This document shows, piece by piece, positions 10,584-20,839 of a stretch of DNA of 64,000 nt. Numbering within the stretch: the first letter of the stretch is position 1; each line of letters starts with the position of its first letter. The position numbers were made by a program, and so were the translations under genes. This stretch comes from Methylococcaceae bacterium (GTDB taxonomy: Bacteria > Pseudomonadota > Gammaproteobacteria > Methylococcales > Methylomonadaceae): positions 1,224 through 65,223 of the forward strand of contig BJHG01000001.1 in the NCBI GenBank assembly GCA_014191975.1. The letters run 5' to 3'. The notes beneath the pieces were generated by a model. That model saw nothing but the letters and a program-made list of their open reading frames with translations, was not told where the DNA came from and did not search any database.

Positions 10584-12170
10584 ATGAATAAAATCCTGAT
10601 TTCAGACAAGCTCGCAACCGACGGCATTAACTACCTAAAAGAACAATCTGATATTCAAATTCACTTTGAAGTGGGATTAAGTGAAGATGCTTTATGTGAA
10701 ATTATTGGTGATTTCGACGCGTTGTTAATTCGTAGTGATACCGTCGTCACGCCAAAAGTGTTGCAAGCGGCAAAAAATTTGAAATTGATTGGACGTGCGG
10801 GAATTGGCGTGGATAACGTAGATATTCCAGCGGCAACCGAAATGGGGGTAATCGTTATGAATACGCCCGATGCAAACGCGACGACGACCGCAGAATTGGC
10901 GATTGCCCACATGATGTCGTTGAGTCGTCATTTGCCGATGGCGGATAAATCCGTTCGTGCTGGGAAATGGGAACGTTCAAAATTAACGGGTTCAGAAGTG
11001 GCGCGTAAAACGTTGGGAATTGTGGGTTTCGGTACGATTGGGCGATTGGTTTCACAACGTGCGGGGGGGTTGCAAATGCACGTTATCGCGTTTGATCCGT
11101 TTGTTGCTCCCGAAATTTATGCCGATTTAGGCGTGGAATCGGTGAGTTTGGGCGATTTAATTTCGCGTTCCGATTATGTGACGTTGCATTGCCCGTTAAT
11201 TGAAAAAACAAAAAACATCATTAACGCGGCACAACTCGAAAAAATGAAACCGACGGCGATGCTGATTAACTGCGCTCGTGGCGGCTTGATTGATGAAACG
11301 GCACTTTATGAAGCGTTAAAAAACAAACAAATTGCTGGCGCGGCATTAGATGTTTATGAAAATGAGCCACCAAAAGATTCGCCACTGTTTGAATTAGAAA
11401 ACATCGTTTTCACGCCACATTTAGGCGCATCTACAAATGAAGCGCAACTCGCAGTTAGCGTTGAAATTGCTCAACAAGCGGTGACATTTTTACGCACAGG
11501 CGAAGCCGTCAATGCGTTGAATTTGCCGCGTGTTTCAGCAGATGAATTGAAAAAATCCAGTGATTATGTGAATCTCGCGACGCAACTCGGCAAAGTGTTA
11601 GCGGGTTTAAGCTTGCAACCGTTGACGAAATTAGAAGTCGCTTTATTCGGCAAAGCCGCTGAAGTTTCGCCGCGTCCCGTTTCAGTCGCTGCGTTAATTG
11701 GTGTTTTGAGCGGGCAAGTTTCAACGCCTGTGAATCGTGTCAATGCTGAAAATATCGCCAAACGTCAAGGCTTGGTATTAGTTGAATCGGTTTCGCAAGA
11801 AATGCAGGACTATGTTTCACTGATCAAATTAACGGGTTACAGCGCAGACAATTCGATTACCACGTTATCGGGCGTTTTATTGGGTGGTCGTCAACCACGT
11901 TTGGTTTCAATTAACGACATGGACATCGAAGTTGTGCCAGAAGGTACATTGCTCATCACGCGGCACGACGATAAACCAGGTGTGATTGCGGCAACTAGTT
12001 CGGTGTTGAGCAATGCGGCGATTAACATTTCCAGAATGCAAGTCAGCACCGCCGATAATCAACAGCAAGCGATTGCGGTGATTAGTATTTCTGAACCGTT
12101 GAGTGCGGATTTATTGGCGCAAATTGGCGCAATTCCGGCAGTTAATCAAACGACGCAAATCACGTTATGA
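10584..12170 (+). CDS. serA: D-3-phosphoglycerate dehydrogenase (long form with ASB/ACT domains)
   Basis: 528 aa. Rossmann motif [10 protein letters not shown] and the 2-hydroxyacid dehydrogenase signature [10 protein letters not shown]...DVYENEP...TPHLGAST. The C-terminal extension is typical of type I SerA. Confidence 0.92.
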   Translation: MNKILISDKLATDGINYLKEQSDIQIHFEVGLSEDALCEIIGDFDALLIRSDTVVTPKVLQAAKNLKLIGRAGIGVDNVDIPAATEMGVIVMNTPDANATTTAELAIAHMMSLSRHLPMADKSVRAGKWERSKLTGSEVARKTLGIVGFGTIGRLVSQRAGGLQMHVIAFDPFVAPEIYADLGVESVSLGDLISRSDYVTLHCPLIEKTKNIINAAQLEKMKPTAMLINCARGGLIDETALYEALKNKQIAGAALDVYENEPPKDSPLFELENIVFTPHLGASTNEAQLAVSVEIAQQAVTFLRTGEAVNALNLPRVSADELKKSSDYVNLATQLGKVLAGLSLQPLTKLEVALFGKAAEVSPRPVSVAALIGVLSGQVSTPVNRVNAENIAKRQGLVLVESVSQEMQDYVSLIKLTGYSADNSITTLSGVLLGGRQPRLVSINDMDIEVVPEGTLLITRHDDKPGVIAATSSVLSNAAINISRMQVSTADNQQQAIAVISISEPLSADLLAQIGAIPAVNQTTQITL

Positions 12171-12802
12171 GTTTTGACATCGTCTGCTTTGATTGTGACA
12201 GCACGTTAAGCAAAATCGAAGGCATCGACGAATTAGCACGTCGGGTGGGTTTGGGTGAAGAACTCGCCAAACTCACCGACGCGGCAATGAATGGCGACGT
12301 GGCTTTAGAAGACATTTACGGCAAACGTTTAGATTTAATTAAACCAAATCGTGATGCGTTAAACTGGCTGGCAGAGCTTTATATCGCCGAATTGGTTGAT
12401 GGCGTTGCTGAGGTTTTTGCCGAACTCGCTAAACATAATAAAACCATTCACATTATCAGTGGCGGATTATTGCCAGCGATTTTACCTTTGGCGAAGTTAT
12501 TAACTGTTCCCGTTGAAAATATTCACGCGGTTGACATTTATTTTGCGGAAAATGGCGATTATTTAGGTTATGAAATTGATTCACCGTTGGCGAAAAATGG
12601 TGGCAAAGCGGCGATTATAAAATCCTTAAATTCAACAAATATAGTCATGATTGGCGACGGGAAAACCGATTTAGAAGCCCAACAAGCGGGCGCGAAAGTG
12701 ATTGGTTTTGGTGGCGTGGTGAATCGAAAATTAGTGCGTGAACAAGCCGATTTTTTCGTCACCGATAAAAATTTAACAGCGGTTTTACCGTATATTATTT
12801 AA
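12167..12802 (+). CDS. HAD-IB hydrolase, probable phosphoserine phosphatase
   Basis: DxDxT motif FDCDSTL and C-terminal GDGKTD motif. The start overlaps the serA stop (ATGA), which suggests a serine-biosynthesis couple. Confidence 0.65.
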   Translation: MSFDIVCFDCDSTLSKIEGIDELARRVGLGEELAKLTDAAMNGDVALEDIYGKRLDLIKPNRDALNWLAELYIAELVDGVAEVFAELAKHNKTIHIISGGLLPAILPLAKLLTVPVENIHAVDIYFAENGDYLGYEIDSPLAKNGGKAAIIKSLNSTNIVMIGDGKTDLEAQQAGAKVIGFGGVVNRKLVREQADFFVTDKNLTAVLPYII

Positions 12803-12823
12803 AAAATTTAGAGAGTAAGTAGC

Positions 12824-13570
12824 ATGGCTGGTCACAGTAAATGGGCAAACATTAAACATCGTAAAGCAGGACAAGATGCGTTACGCGGCAAAATCTTCAC
12901 CAAGATTTTGCGTGAAATTACCGTTGCAGTAAAAACAAGTGGCATCGATCCATCGAGTAACGCGGCGTTACGCTCGGCAGTGGACAAAGCGTTGGGAGCA
13001 AATATGCGCCGCGACACCATCGATACCGCAATTAAAAAAGCTTCGGGAACATTGGAAGGCGTGCATTATGAGGCTATTCGTTATGAAGGTTACGGCGCAG
13101 GCGGCGTGGCGGTTATTGTCGATTGTTTGACCGACAATAAACAACGCACCGTTGGTGAAGTTCGCCATGCGTTCAGTAAATCGGGCGGCAATTTAGGCAC
13201 AGACGGTTCGGTTGCTTATATGTTCAGTACTATCGGAATTATTAGTTACGGCGCAGAAACTGACGAAGATGCGTTGATGGAAGCCGCGATTGAAGCAGGC
13301 GCGGACGATGTGGTAACGAATGAAGACAATTCAAAAGACGTGATGACGACGCTTGAAAATTATTTAAACGTCAAAGAAGCCTTAGTTGCGGCAGGTTTTA
13401 CGCCAGAAAATTCTGAAATAACCATGCAAGCGGCGACAAATGCCGAATTAGACAAAGAAAATGCCGAAAAAATGATATTGCTCATTGAGCGTTTAGAAGA
13501 TTTGGACGACGTGCAAAATGTCTACTCGAACGGCGATATTAGCGACGAAATTATGGCGACGATGGGTTGA
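12824..13570 (+). CDS. YebC/PmpR-family transcriptional regulator
   Basis: MAGHSKWANIKHRKAGQDALRGKIFTKI is the invariant YebC N-terminus. It lies upstream of ruvC, as in many proteobacteria. Confidence 0.93.
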   Translation: MAGHSKWANIKHRKAGQDALRGKIFTKILREITVAVKTSGIDPSSNAALRSAVDKALGANMRRDTIDTAIKKASGTLEGVHYEAIRYEGYGAGGVAVIVDCLTDNKQRTVGEVRHAFSKSGGNLGTDGSVAYMFSTIGIISYGAETDEDALMEAAIEAGADDVVTNEDNSKDVMTTLENYLNVKEALVAAGFTPENSEITMQAATNAELDKENAEKMILLIERLEDLDDVQNVYSNGDISDEIMATMG

Positions 13571-14064
13571 AAATTCTCGGCATCGATCCAGGTTCGCGCT
13601 TGACGGGTTACGGCATTATTGAAACAGTGCCGAACGGTTATAGATACATTGCAAGTGGCGCGTTAAAAATTCAAGCTGATGATTTTCCGCGCAAACTCAA
13701 ACAAGTTTTCGACGGCATTTTACAACTGGTCGAAATGTATCAACCTGAACAAATGGCAATCGAACAAGTTTTTATGAGTAAAAATGCCGATTCTGCGTTG
13801 AAACTTGGACAAGCACGTGGCGCGGCGATTTGTGCCGTTCAAACGCACGATATTCCTGTTTTTGAATACGCCGCGCGGCAAGTCAAACAAGCTATTGTCG
13901 GCAAAGGCAGCGCGGATAAGTTACAAGTTCAGCAAATGGTTAAACTACTTTTAAACATTCAGGGTAATTTACAAATCGATGCGAGCGACGCGCTAGGGAT
14001 TGCGATTTGCCACGCGCATTTCGCCCAAACCGCGCAACGCCTACAAACGGGAATCAAAACATGA
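13567..14064 (+). CDS. ruvC: Crossover junction endodeoxyribonuclease RuvC
   Basis: MKILGIDPGSRLTGYGII... and C-terminal DASDALGIAICHA. TTG start overlapping the yebC stop. Confidence 0.92.
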   Translation: MKILGIDPGSRLTGYGIIETVPNGYRYIASGALKIQADDFPRKLKQVFDGILQLVEMYQPEQMAIEQVFMSKNADSALKLGQARGAAICAVQTHDIPVFEYAARQVKQAIVGKGSADKLQVQQMVKLLLNIQGNLQIDASDALGIAICHAHFAQTAQRLQTGIKT

Positions 14065-14648
14065 TTGGATTTTTACGCGGTAAAATCGCTTTCAAAGCTC
14101 CACCGATGATTGTTTTAGACGTAAATGGCGTGGGTTATGAAATTGAAGCTCCGATGACGGTATTTTATGATTTGCCTGAAGTCGGCGCGGAAATTATCTT
14201 GCAAACCCATTTGGCAATTCGTGAAGATGCACATAATTTGTTTGGTTTTGCGACCGAGACCGACAAAACGATGTTTAAAACATTGATTAAAATTAGCGGC
14301 GTTGGTGCAAAAATGGCATTGGTGATTTTATCGGGTCAAAGTGCGGAACAATTTCAAAGGTGTATTCAAAATAATGACACGGCGGCATTGGTCAAATTGC
14401 CGGGCGTGGGCAAAAAAACCGCAGAACGCTTAGTTCTGGAATTGCGCGACAAATTGCCCAAATCTGACGACGTGCCACAAATAGTCAGCGTCGGAAATAG
14501 TGGCAATGCAAGAGCCGAAGCGATTAGCGCGTTGTGCTCATTAGGTTATAAACCGCTCGATGCGAGCCGCATGGTTTCGGCGATTCAACCCGAAGGTAAA
14601 AGTTGTGAAACGATTATTCGTCTTGCATTGCAAAGTACCTCGAAATGA
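14061..14648 (+). CDS. ruvA: Holliday junction branch migration complex subunit RuvA
   Basis: MIGFLRGKI... N-terminus and HhH motifs [13 protein letters not shown] and [12 protein letters not shown]. The ATG at 14061 overlaps the ruvC stop. Confidence 0.93.
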   Translation: MIGFLRGKIAFKAPPMIVLDVNGVGYEIEAPMTVFYDLPEVGAEIILQTHLAIREDAHNLFGFATETDKTMFKTLIKISGVGAKMALVILSGQSAEQFQRCIQNNDTAALVKLPGVGKKTAERLVLELRDKLPKSDDVPQIVSVGNSGNARAEAISALCSLGYKPLDASRMVSAIQPEGKSCETIIRLALQSTSK

Positions 14649-15682
14649 TTGAAGACGACCGTTTAATTACTGCGAATACTGGTCAAGGCGAAGAAGGTCA
14701 TGACCGTGCGATACGCCCAAAAAGTTTAGAGGATTATGTCGGACAAGAAGAATGCCGCACACAAATGGCAATTTTCATTGAAGCGACGTTGGCACGAAAA
14801 GAAGCTCTCGACCACACGTTAATTTTTGGGCCGCCAGGTTTAGGAAAAACCACGTTAGCGTTGATTATTGCCAACGAAATGGGTGTGAATTTGCGTCAAA
14901 CAGCTGCGCCAATTTTAGAAAAGGCAGGTGATTTAGCCGCATTGCTGACGAATTTAGAAAAACACGACGTGTTATTTATTGATGAAATTCACCGTTTAAG
15001 TCCAGCGGTTGAAGAAATTTTATATCCAGCAATGGAAGATTATCAGCTCGATTTGATGATTGGCGAAGGTGCATCAGCCCGGTCGATTAAAATTGATTTA
15101 CCGCCGTTCACGTTAATTGGCGCAACGACTCGCGCAGGTCTATTGACTTCGCCATTGCGCGACAGATTCGGGATTGTGCAACGTTTGGTTTTTTACACGG
15201 TTGAAGAATTAACACACATTGTCACCCGTTCAGCGCAGGTTTTAAAAATGGGCATTGAACCAAAAGGCGCAATCGAAATCGCCAAACGTTCACGCGGCAC
15301 GCCTCGAATCGCAAACCGATTATTGCGGCGAGTGCGAGATTTTGCTCAAGTCAAAAGCAACGGCATCATCACCGAAGACGTTGCGGCAGAAGCGTTAACC
15401 ATGTTAAAAGTGGATGGAAACGGCTTTGATAGTTTGGACAGAAAATTTTTATTAACGTTGATTGAAAATTTCTCTGGTGGACCTGTTGGTTTAGATACAA
15501 TGGCAGCGGCAATTAGCGAAGAACGCGGCACGATTGAAGATGTTTTAGAACCGTATTTGTTGCAACAAGGTTTTATTATGCGAACGCCTCGCGGACGAGT
15601 TGCCACGTCGGCGGCGTATTTGCATTTTGGCTTAACCGCCCCAAAAGTGGCAGCGGCGAATGTTGATTTATTTACATCTTGA
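14645..15682 (+). CDS. ruvB: Holliday junction DNA helicase RuvB
   Basis: Walker [12 protein letters not shown], Walker [10 protein letters not shown], and the sensor [16 protein letters not shown]. Confidence 0.96.
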   Translation: MIEDDRLITANTGQGEEGHDRAIRPKSLEDYVGQEECRTQMAIFIEATLARKEALDHTLIFGPPGLGKTTLALIIANEMGVNLRQTAAPILEKAGDLAALLTNLEKHDVLFIDEIHRLSPAVEEILYPAMEDYQLDLMIGEGASARSIKIDLPPFTLIGATTRAGLLTSPLRDRFGIVQRLVFYTVEELTHIVTRSAQVLKMGIEPKGAIEIAKRSRGTPRIANRLLRRVRDFAQVKSNGIITEDVAAEALTMLKVDGNGFDSLDRKFLLTLIENFSGGPVGLDTMAAAISEERGTIEDVLEPYLLQQGFIMRTPRGRVATSAAYLHFGLTAPKVAAANVDLFTS

Positions 15683-15702
15683 AGAATTTTTGAAAAATAT
15701 TT

Positions 15703-15954
15703 ATGAATTTATATAGAGTAATAGCTGTTCTTCATGAAGGCGGAAATAGAGACAATAACTACAAATGTGCGTTGTTATGCGGTGTGGATGAATCGTTCAA
15801 CATTATTGAAAGAGAATGGTTTGGCTATATTAAAAACATCGCAGAGATTCATCCGTTTGTTTTAAGAAATGAAAATTCATTTTTTTATGGTGGCGAAGAG
15901 CATACTTCCGAAAGGACAAACATTGGTGATAGATTGATTCAGCCTGGAATATAA
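15703..15954 (+). CDS. Hypothetical protein (no recognisable family)
   Basis: 83-aa ORF. The same frame reads on after its TAA stop as FTVYSETEVIYEIISCHPY*, so it may be a nonsense-interrupted gene. Confidence 0.35.
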   Translation: MNLYRVIAVLHEGGNRDNNYKCALLCGVDESFNIIEREWFGYIKNIAEIHPFVLRNENSFFYGGEEHTSERTNIGDRLIQPGI

Positions 15955-16088
15955 TTCACTGTCTATAGCGAAACTGAAGTGATATATGAAATTATTAGTT
16001 GCCACCCTTATTAAAAACTATGTAATTTCACATTTTTGTTTTGTTGATTGATTTGGCTTGGTGGGTTTGGATTTTTTGGAGGTAAAAA

Positions 16089-16343
16089 ATGCCAGAAATA
16101 AGTCAGTTTTACGGCATTATCATCAGAATGTACTTAATTGATAATGAACATCCGCCGCAACATATTCACATCAAATACGGCGAATACGAAGCTGTGATGG
16201 AATTGACGAATTTGAACATTATTGATGGTTCATTGCCTAAGAAGTGTCGGCAATTAGTACGCGAATGGGCAGAAATTCACCAAGATGAGTTGATTGAAAT
16301 GTGGAGCACTCAAAACTTTCATCACCTTGAACCATTGGTGTGA
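16089..16343 (+). CDS. DUF4160-family protein
   Basis: MPEISQFYGIIIRMYLIDNEHPPQHIHIKYGEYEA matches the DUF4160 consensus (FYGI.I.MY...H.PPH.H..Y). Confidence 0.75.
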   Translation: MPEISQFYGIIIRMYLIDNEHPPQHIHIKYGEYEAVMELTNLNIIDGSLPKKCRQLVREWAEIHQDELIEMWSTQNFHHLEPLV

Positions 16344-16564
16344 TTATGAAGCTGAGAAGTTTTGAACAACAAAATGGTTATCTTTTTAAATTCGTTTTTG
16401 AAAATGGTGAAATAAAAGAGGCTGATTTGAAAAATTTGATTGGCTCATACGTTGATTTGTCTGCTTTAAATACAGCGCGTATTGATTTTGAATGGGGCTG
16501 TTTAGAATTTAAAAATGGCGCGGTCGATATTGATTCAAAGACATTGTATCGTTACAACGGTTAA
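16340..16564 (+). CDS. DUF2442-family protein
   Basis: 74 aa, overlapping the upstream DUF4160 gene by 4 nt. The C-terminal ..IDFEWGCLEFKNGAVDIDSKTLY resembles the DUF2442 consensus (W.NG.DI.P..LY). DUF4160/DUF2442 pairs are a recurrent two-gene module. Confidence 0.65.
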   Translation: MIMKLRSFEQQNGYLFKFVFENGEIKEADLKNLIGSYVDLSALNTARIDFEWGCLEFKNGAVDIDSKTLYRYNG

Positions 16565-16573
16565 TTTACGCTA

Positions 16574-16990
16574 ATGAAAACACCTTTTATTTTACCCATT
16601 CGCGTTTATTACGAAGACACCGATGCAGGCGGCGTGGTGTATCATTCAAATTATTTAAACTTTTTTGAACGCGCCCGAACCGAAATGTTGCGTGATTTAG
16701 GTTTTGAACAAAATGAATTGCGCGAACAAAGTGGCGTTATTTTTGCTGTAAGAACGATGCAAATTGAATATTTACGCCCTGCGAAATTTAACGATTTAGT
16801 AAACGTTAGCGCGACAATTTCACAATTGAAAAAGACCAGTTTAACCTTTGAACAAACCGTAAAGTGCAGTGAAATTATTCTTTGCACTTGTAGCTGTCGG
16901 ATTGCTTGCCTCAACGCAGACAATTTGAAACCGACCGCCATTCCTGATTTTTTATTTAACGCATTTTTAACTAAAAACAATGAATACTGA
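16574..16990 (+). CDS. ybgC: Tol-Pal-associated acyl-CoA thioesterase YbgC
   Basis: 4HBT hot-dog motif RVYYEDTDAGGVVYHSNYLNFFERAR, in the position immediately upstream of tolQ. Confidence 0.88.
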   Translation: MKTPFILPIRVYYEDTDAGGVVYHSNYLNFFERARTEMLRDLGFEQNELREQSGVIFAVRTMQIEYLRPAKFNDLVNVSATISQLKKTSLTFEQTVKCSEIILCTCSCRIACLNADNLKPTAIPDFLFNAFLTKNNEY

Positions 16991-17657
16991 TTTATCGATT
17001 TTCCATTTAGTCACCGAAGCCAGCTTTGTCGTGCAGTTTGTGATGTTAATTTTATTCACCGCATCGCTGGTGTCGTGGACATTTATTTTTTCTAAACGCA
17101 AAGAACTCAATCGTTCTATCGAAATCACCGATGAATTTGAAGAACAATTTTGGTCAGGCGTTTCGTTATCCGAACTTTATCGCAAACTCGCCGCGAAAGA
17201 TTTTGAACCCGAAGGCATCGAAAAAATATTTTTAGCAGGTTACAAAGAATTTTCTCGAATGCGTTTGAGCGGTAATGTCGAACCTGGGGTGCAAGTCGAA
17301 AGTGCACAGCGTGTAATGCGAATTGAATTATTACGCGAACTTGATCGACTGGATGAACATTTAGCATTTCTCGCGACCGTTGGTTCAACCAGTCCTTACG
17401 TCGGTTTATTCGGAACGGTTTGGGGAATTATGAATTCCTTTATGGCATTGGGAAATGTAAAACAAGCCACGTTAGCGCAAGTCGCACCAGGTATTGCCGA
17501 AGCGTTAATCGCAACCGCGATTGGTTTGTTTGCCGCGATTCCTGCCGTTATTGCGTACAACCGTTTTTCAACGCGCTTGGACAGATTAACAGGACGCTAC
17601 GAATTATTCGTTGAAGAATTCATCGTGTTATTGCAAAGACAGGCACACAGCAAATGA
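16980..17657 (+). CDS. tolQ: Tol-Pal system protein TolQ
   Basis: MotA/TolQ/ExbB family: three TM segments and TVGSTSPYVGLFGTVWGIM...GIAEALIATAIGL. Operon context supports the call. Confidence 0.92.
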   Translation: MNTDLSIFHLVTEASFVVQFVMLILFTASLVSWTFIFSKRKELNRSIEITDEFEEQFWSGVSLSELYRKLAAKDFEPEGIEKIFLAGYKEFSRMRLSGNVEPGVQVESAQRVMRIELLRELDRLDEHLAFLATVGSTSPYVGLFGTVWGIMNSFMALGNVKQATLAQVAPGIAEALIATAIGLFAAIPAVIAYNRFSTRLDRLTGRYELFVEEFIVLLQRQAHSK

Positions 17658-18097
17658 ATGTAAGTAATAAAAAAGCGGGTCGTCGTCGTCCAATGGCCGA
17701 AATAAACGTCGTGCCGTATATCGATGTGACGTTGGTTTTGCTGATTATTTTCATGATTACTACGCCGATGTTGCAATCAGGTGTGGAAGTCGATTTGCCA
17801 AGAGCACAAGCGGCGATGATTGATCAAAAAGACGATACACCACCGTTTATTATTTCGATTCAAAATGCGGACGGTGCGGGCAAGTATTTTATTAATGTCG
17901 GAGATGGCGAAGATGAGCCTGTTGAATTAGAGCAGATTTATCCACGCATCGATGCGGTTTTAAAAAATAAACCGACTACACAAATATTAATTAACGCCGA
18001 CAAAAATATCGATTACGGTACGGTCGTTGTGACTATGGCTGCTTTAAAAAAAGCTGGCGTGCCGACGGTTGGATTAATGACTAAATCAGATGATTAA
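17654..18097 (+). CDS. tolR: Tol-Pal system protein TolR
   Basis: ExbD/TolR family motif MAEINVVPYIDVTLVLLIIFMITTP, following tolQ. Confidence 0.9.
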   Translation: MNVSNKKAGRRRPMAEINVVPYIDVTLVLLIIFMITTPMLQSGVEVDLPRAQAAMIDQKDDTPPFIISIQNADGAGKYFINVGDGEDEPVELEQIYPRIDAVLKNKPTTQILINADKNIDYGTVVVTMAALKKAGVPTVGLMTKSDD

Positions 18098-18105
18098 CAG
18101 ATTCA

Positions 18106-19311
18106 ATGGCTAATCAAAAATTTTCTAAACCTTTTTTCTGGGCATTAGCGTTTCATTTGACGCTTTTGGCGTTGTTTGCGTTGAGTGCAATTTATAAACC
18201 TGCACCTGCACCACCGCCAGCAGAACCTGAAATTATTCACGCCACAATGGTTGAACTCAATCCGCCTACTGTGAAACCAGAATTGCCCATTGAAAAACCT
18301 GTGCCAATTCCGGAACCGCTTCCACCTGTCAAAGAACCAAAGCCAATCGAGCAGCCTAAAAAAGTGGAACCGTTAAAACCTATTGAGTCTCCGAAACCGA
18401 TTGAACCACCTAAAAAAGTCGAGCCTCCGAAACATGTCGAGCCTCCAAAAGAAGATTTAATGAAAAAAGAGGCTGTGAAAGCTGAAAAAATTGCCACCGA
18501 AAAAGCAGAAGCGCAAAAAGTCGAAGAGGCGAAAAAAGCGATTGAGCACGTAAAATCAAAAGAAGCTGAAGATGCTAAAAAAGCGGAGTATGAAAAAGAA
18601 GCAACAGAAAAAGCTGATGCAAAGAAAATTGATGACGCTAAAAAAGCCACTGAAAAGGCAGAAAAATTAGCCACTGAAAAAGCAGACGCAAAAAAAGCAG
18701 AAACTGAAGCAAAAAAAGAAGCTGCTGAAAAAGAAAAATCTGACGCTAAAAAAGCCGAAGCAGAAGCAAAAAAAGTAGCCGATAAAGCAGCGAAAGTAGA
18801 AGCGGAAAAAGTAGAAAATGCCACAAAACAAGCAGCAAAAGATGCCGTTGCCAGAGCAGATGCCGAAAGAGCAAATGAAAAAGCCCATTCGGATGCGTTA
18901 GCAAGACAAGCTACCGAACGTGCTGCCGCTGATGCAGCAAGAATTCAAGCCGCAAGGCAAGAAGCGGCTGCGGCAAATGCCAAAGCGGCTGCATCTGCGG
19001 CAGACGCGCAAGCTGCAAGTGCCGATGCAGCAGCTATTAAAAAATCTAAAGATGCTATTCATGACTTAATCAAGCGTAATCATGGGCATTATCAATCAGC
19101 TGATCCATTAAAATGCACTGTTAAAATCAGGGCAACACCTAAAGGCATGGTTGTAAGTGTAAAAGTAGAAAAAAGTAGTGGTGATGCTGGGTTTGATGAT
19201 TCCGTTATCGCAGCTGTTGAAGCCTCCGATCCACTGCCAGTTCCTAGTGATATGGATTTATTTGTGAAAGGTGAATTTAGAGAATTTACAGTTGGAATAA
19301 CCAGAGAATAA
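18106..19311 (+). CDS. tolA: Tol-Pal system protein TolA
   Basis: N-terminal TM anchor, Pro-rich PKPIEPPKKVEP repeats, a long K/A/E-rich helical region and a C-terminal TolA domain III-like segment. It follows tolR. Confidence 0.85.
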   Translation: MANQKFSKPFFWALAFHLTLLALFALSAIYKPAPAPPPAEPEIIHATMVELNPPTVKPELPIEKPVPIPEPLPPVKEPKPIEQPKKVEPLKPIESPKPIEPPKKVEPPKHVEPPKEDLMKKEAVKAEKIATEKAEAQKVEEAKKAIEHVKSKEAEDAKKAEYEKEATEKADAKKIDDAKKATEKAEKLATEKADAKKAETEAKKEAAEKEKSDAKKAEAEAKKVADKAAKVEAEKVENATKQAAKDAVARADAERANEKAHSDALARQATERAAADAARIQAARQEAAAANAKAAASAADAQAASADAAAIKKSKDAIHDLIKRNHGHYQSADPLKCTVKIRATPKGMVVSVKVEKSSGDAGFDDSVIAAVEASDPLPVPSDMDLFVKGEFREFTVGITRE

Positions 19312-19429
19312 AGGTGAATTTAAGTCGTTCACGTTTGTATTTGATCCAAAATAAACTTCATCACGTTTGCATCTAAAACCATAGAATGCAATCATTCTCG
19401 TCACTTTAAATCAATATATAAAAACAGTT

Positions 19430-20785
19430 ATGAGTAGTAATAAATCTCCACGTATTTTAATTGTCGACGATGAAACAGATATTCGCCATTTGGTGGGTGA
19501 AATTTTGGAAGACGAAGGCTATCAAGTCAGCATGGCTGAAAATGCTGCCGTCGCCAAAACGCTAAAAATTGCTACAAACCCAGATTTGATTTTGCTTGAT
19601 ATTTGGATGCCGGATACAGATGGTATTACATTATTAAAAGAATGGCTCGCCGAAGAAAAACCGATGTGTCCTGTGATTATGATGTCAGGACATGGTTCAG
19701 TTGAAGCTGCTGTTGAAGCGACACGTTTAGGCGCATTCGACTTTTTAGAAAAACCGTTGTCGCTCGCAAAATTATTGTTAATTGTCGAAAAAGCCTTGGA
19801 AGCTGGGCAGCACGATAAAGGTTTTTCACAAAATATCCACGTTGATATTGAACTAATTGGAAAAAGTGCCGCGATAGCCAGAATAAAAGACCACCTAAAA
19901 CGCCTCGCGCAACATGACACTCGTGTTTTATTTATGGGCGAAGCTGGCGTTGGAAAAGAACTTTATGCCCGGTATTTACATAACAATAGTTCACACCGTA
20001 ACGGCGCATTTATTAATGTCGCAGTAGGTAGTATTTCGCCAGAAAATTCCGCAGTTGAATTTTTTGGAAAAGAAGATGGGCATCGCGTTTATCAAGGTCT
20101 ACTCGAACGTGCAAATAAAGGAACATTGTTTCTGGGGGAAATTGGTGATATGGACAAAGAAACCCAATTGCGGTTATTAAGCGCATTGGAATCACGTTCA
20201 TTTTTGCGTGTTGGTGGTAGTGAGGCCATAAATGTTGATGTTCATGTTGTTGCTTCAACGAGAATGGCACTGGATGAAGAAGTGCGTTTTGGACGTTTTC
20301 GACATGAGCTGTATTACTTATTAAACGAAGTCACCATTACAATTCCAGCATTACGTGAACACAGTGAAGATGTTCCCGCATTATTAAATTTTTACGTTGA
20401 TTATTTTGTGACGCATGAAAAATTAGCATTTCGACGATTTTCAATGGCAGCGCAAAACTATTTACGTAATTACAGTTGGCGAGGTAACGTACGAGAACTG
20501 AAAAACGTAGTACAACGCTTAATGATTTTAGGGGTTGGTGAAGAAGTTGAGTTAGACGAAGTTAAAAATACACTAGGAAAAGTCAGTAATGACACAATGA
20601 TTTTGTCGTCAATTCCTGAATTTTTCAATTTACCATTAAAAGAAGCACGAGATCATTTTGAAAAGGCCTATTTAGAATACCATTTTGAAAAAACAGGTGG
20701 CAGTGTTGCTAAATTGTCGGCAGCTGTTGGAATGGAGCGCACACATTTATATCGCAAGTTACATTCGCTAAATATCAAACTATAG
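19430..20785 (+). CDS. NtrC/NtrX-like response regulator (REC - AAA+ - Fis-type HTH) with degenerate sigma-54 interaction motifs
   Basis: REC domain ILIVDDE...LLDIWMPDTDG, Walker A GEAGVGKE, and C-terminal HTH AVGMERTHLYRKL. The GAFTGA position reads GKEDGHRVYQG and Walker B reads TLFLGEI rather than LFLDEI. Confidence 0.8.
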   Translation: MSSNKSPRILIVDDETDIRHLVGEILEDEGYQVSMAENAAVAKTLKIATNPDLILLDIWMPDTDGITLLKEWLAEEKPMCPVIMMSGHGSVEAAVEATRLGAFDFLEKPLSLAKLLLIVEKALEAGQHDKGFSQNIHVDIELIGKSAAIARIKDHLKRLAQHDTRVLFMGEAGVGKELYARYLHNNSSHRNGAFINVAVGSISPENSAVEFFGKEDGHRVYQGLLERANKGTLFLGEIGDMDKETQLRLLSALESRSFLRVGGSEAINVDVHVVASTRMALDEEVRFGRFRHELYYLLNEVTITIPALREHSEDVPALLNFYVDYFVTHEKLAFRRFSMAAQNYLRNYSWRGNVRELKNVVQRLMILGVGEEVELDEVKNTLGKVSNDTMILSSIPEFFNLPLKEARDHFEKAYLEYHFEKTGGSVAKLSAAVGMERTHLYRKLHSLNIKL

Positions 20786-20839
20786 TTATAAATAACGCAA
20801 CAATTACGATACCTTTTAACTATTTTCAATAAGAATTTC

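Noticed and set aside
18237-18888. Long antisense ORFs (195 aa and 73 aa) inside tolA
   Set aside because: They are an artefact of the low-complexity K/A/E-coding repeats. The products are Phe/Ser/Ala homopolymer-like, and the sense strand encodes a canonical TolA.
18300-18900. Possible CRISPR-like or tandem DNA repeats (recurring gaaaaagc / cctaaaaaagt units)
   Set aside because: The periodicity is coding (PKPIEPPKKVEP and KAEKA peptide repeats of TolA). There are no spacer-repeat architecture and no cas genes.
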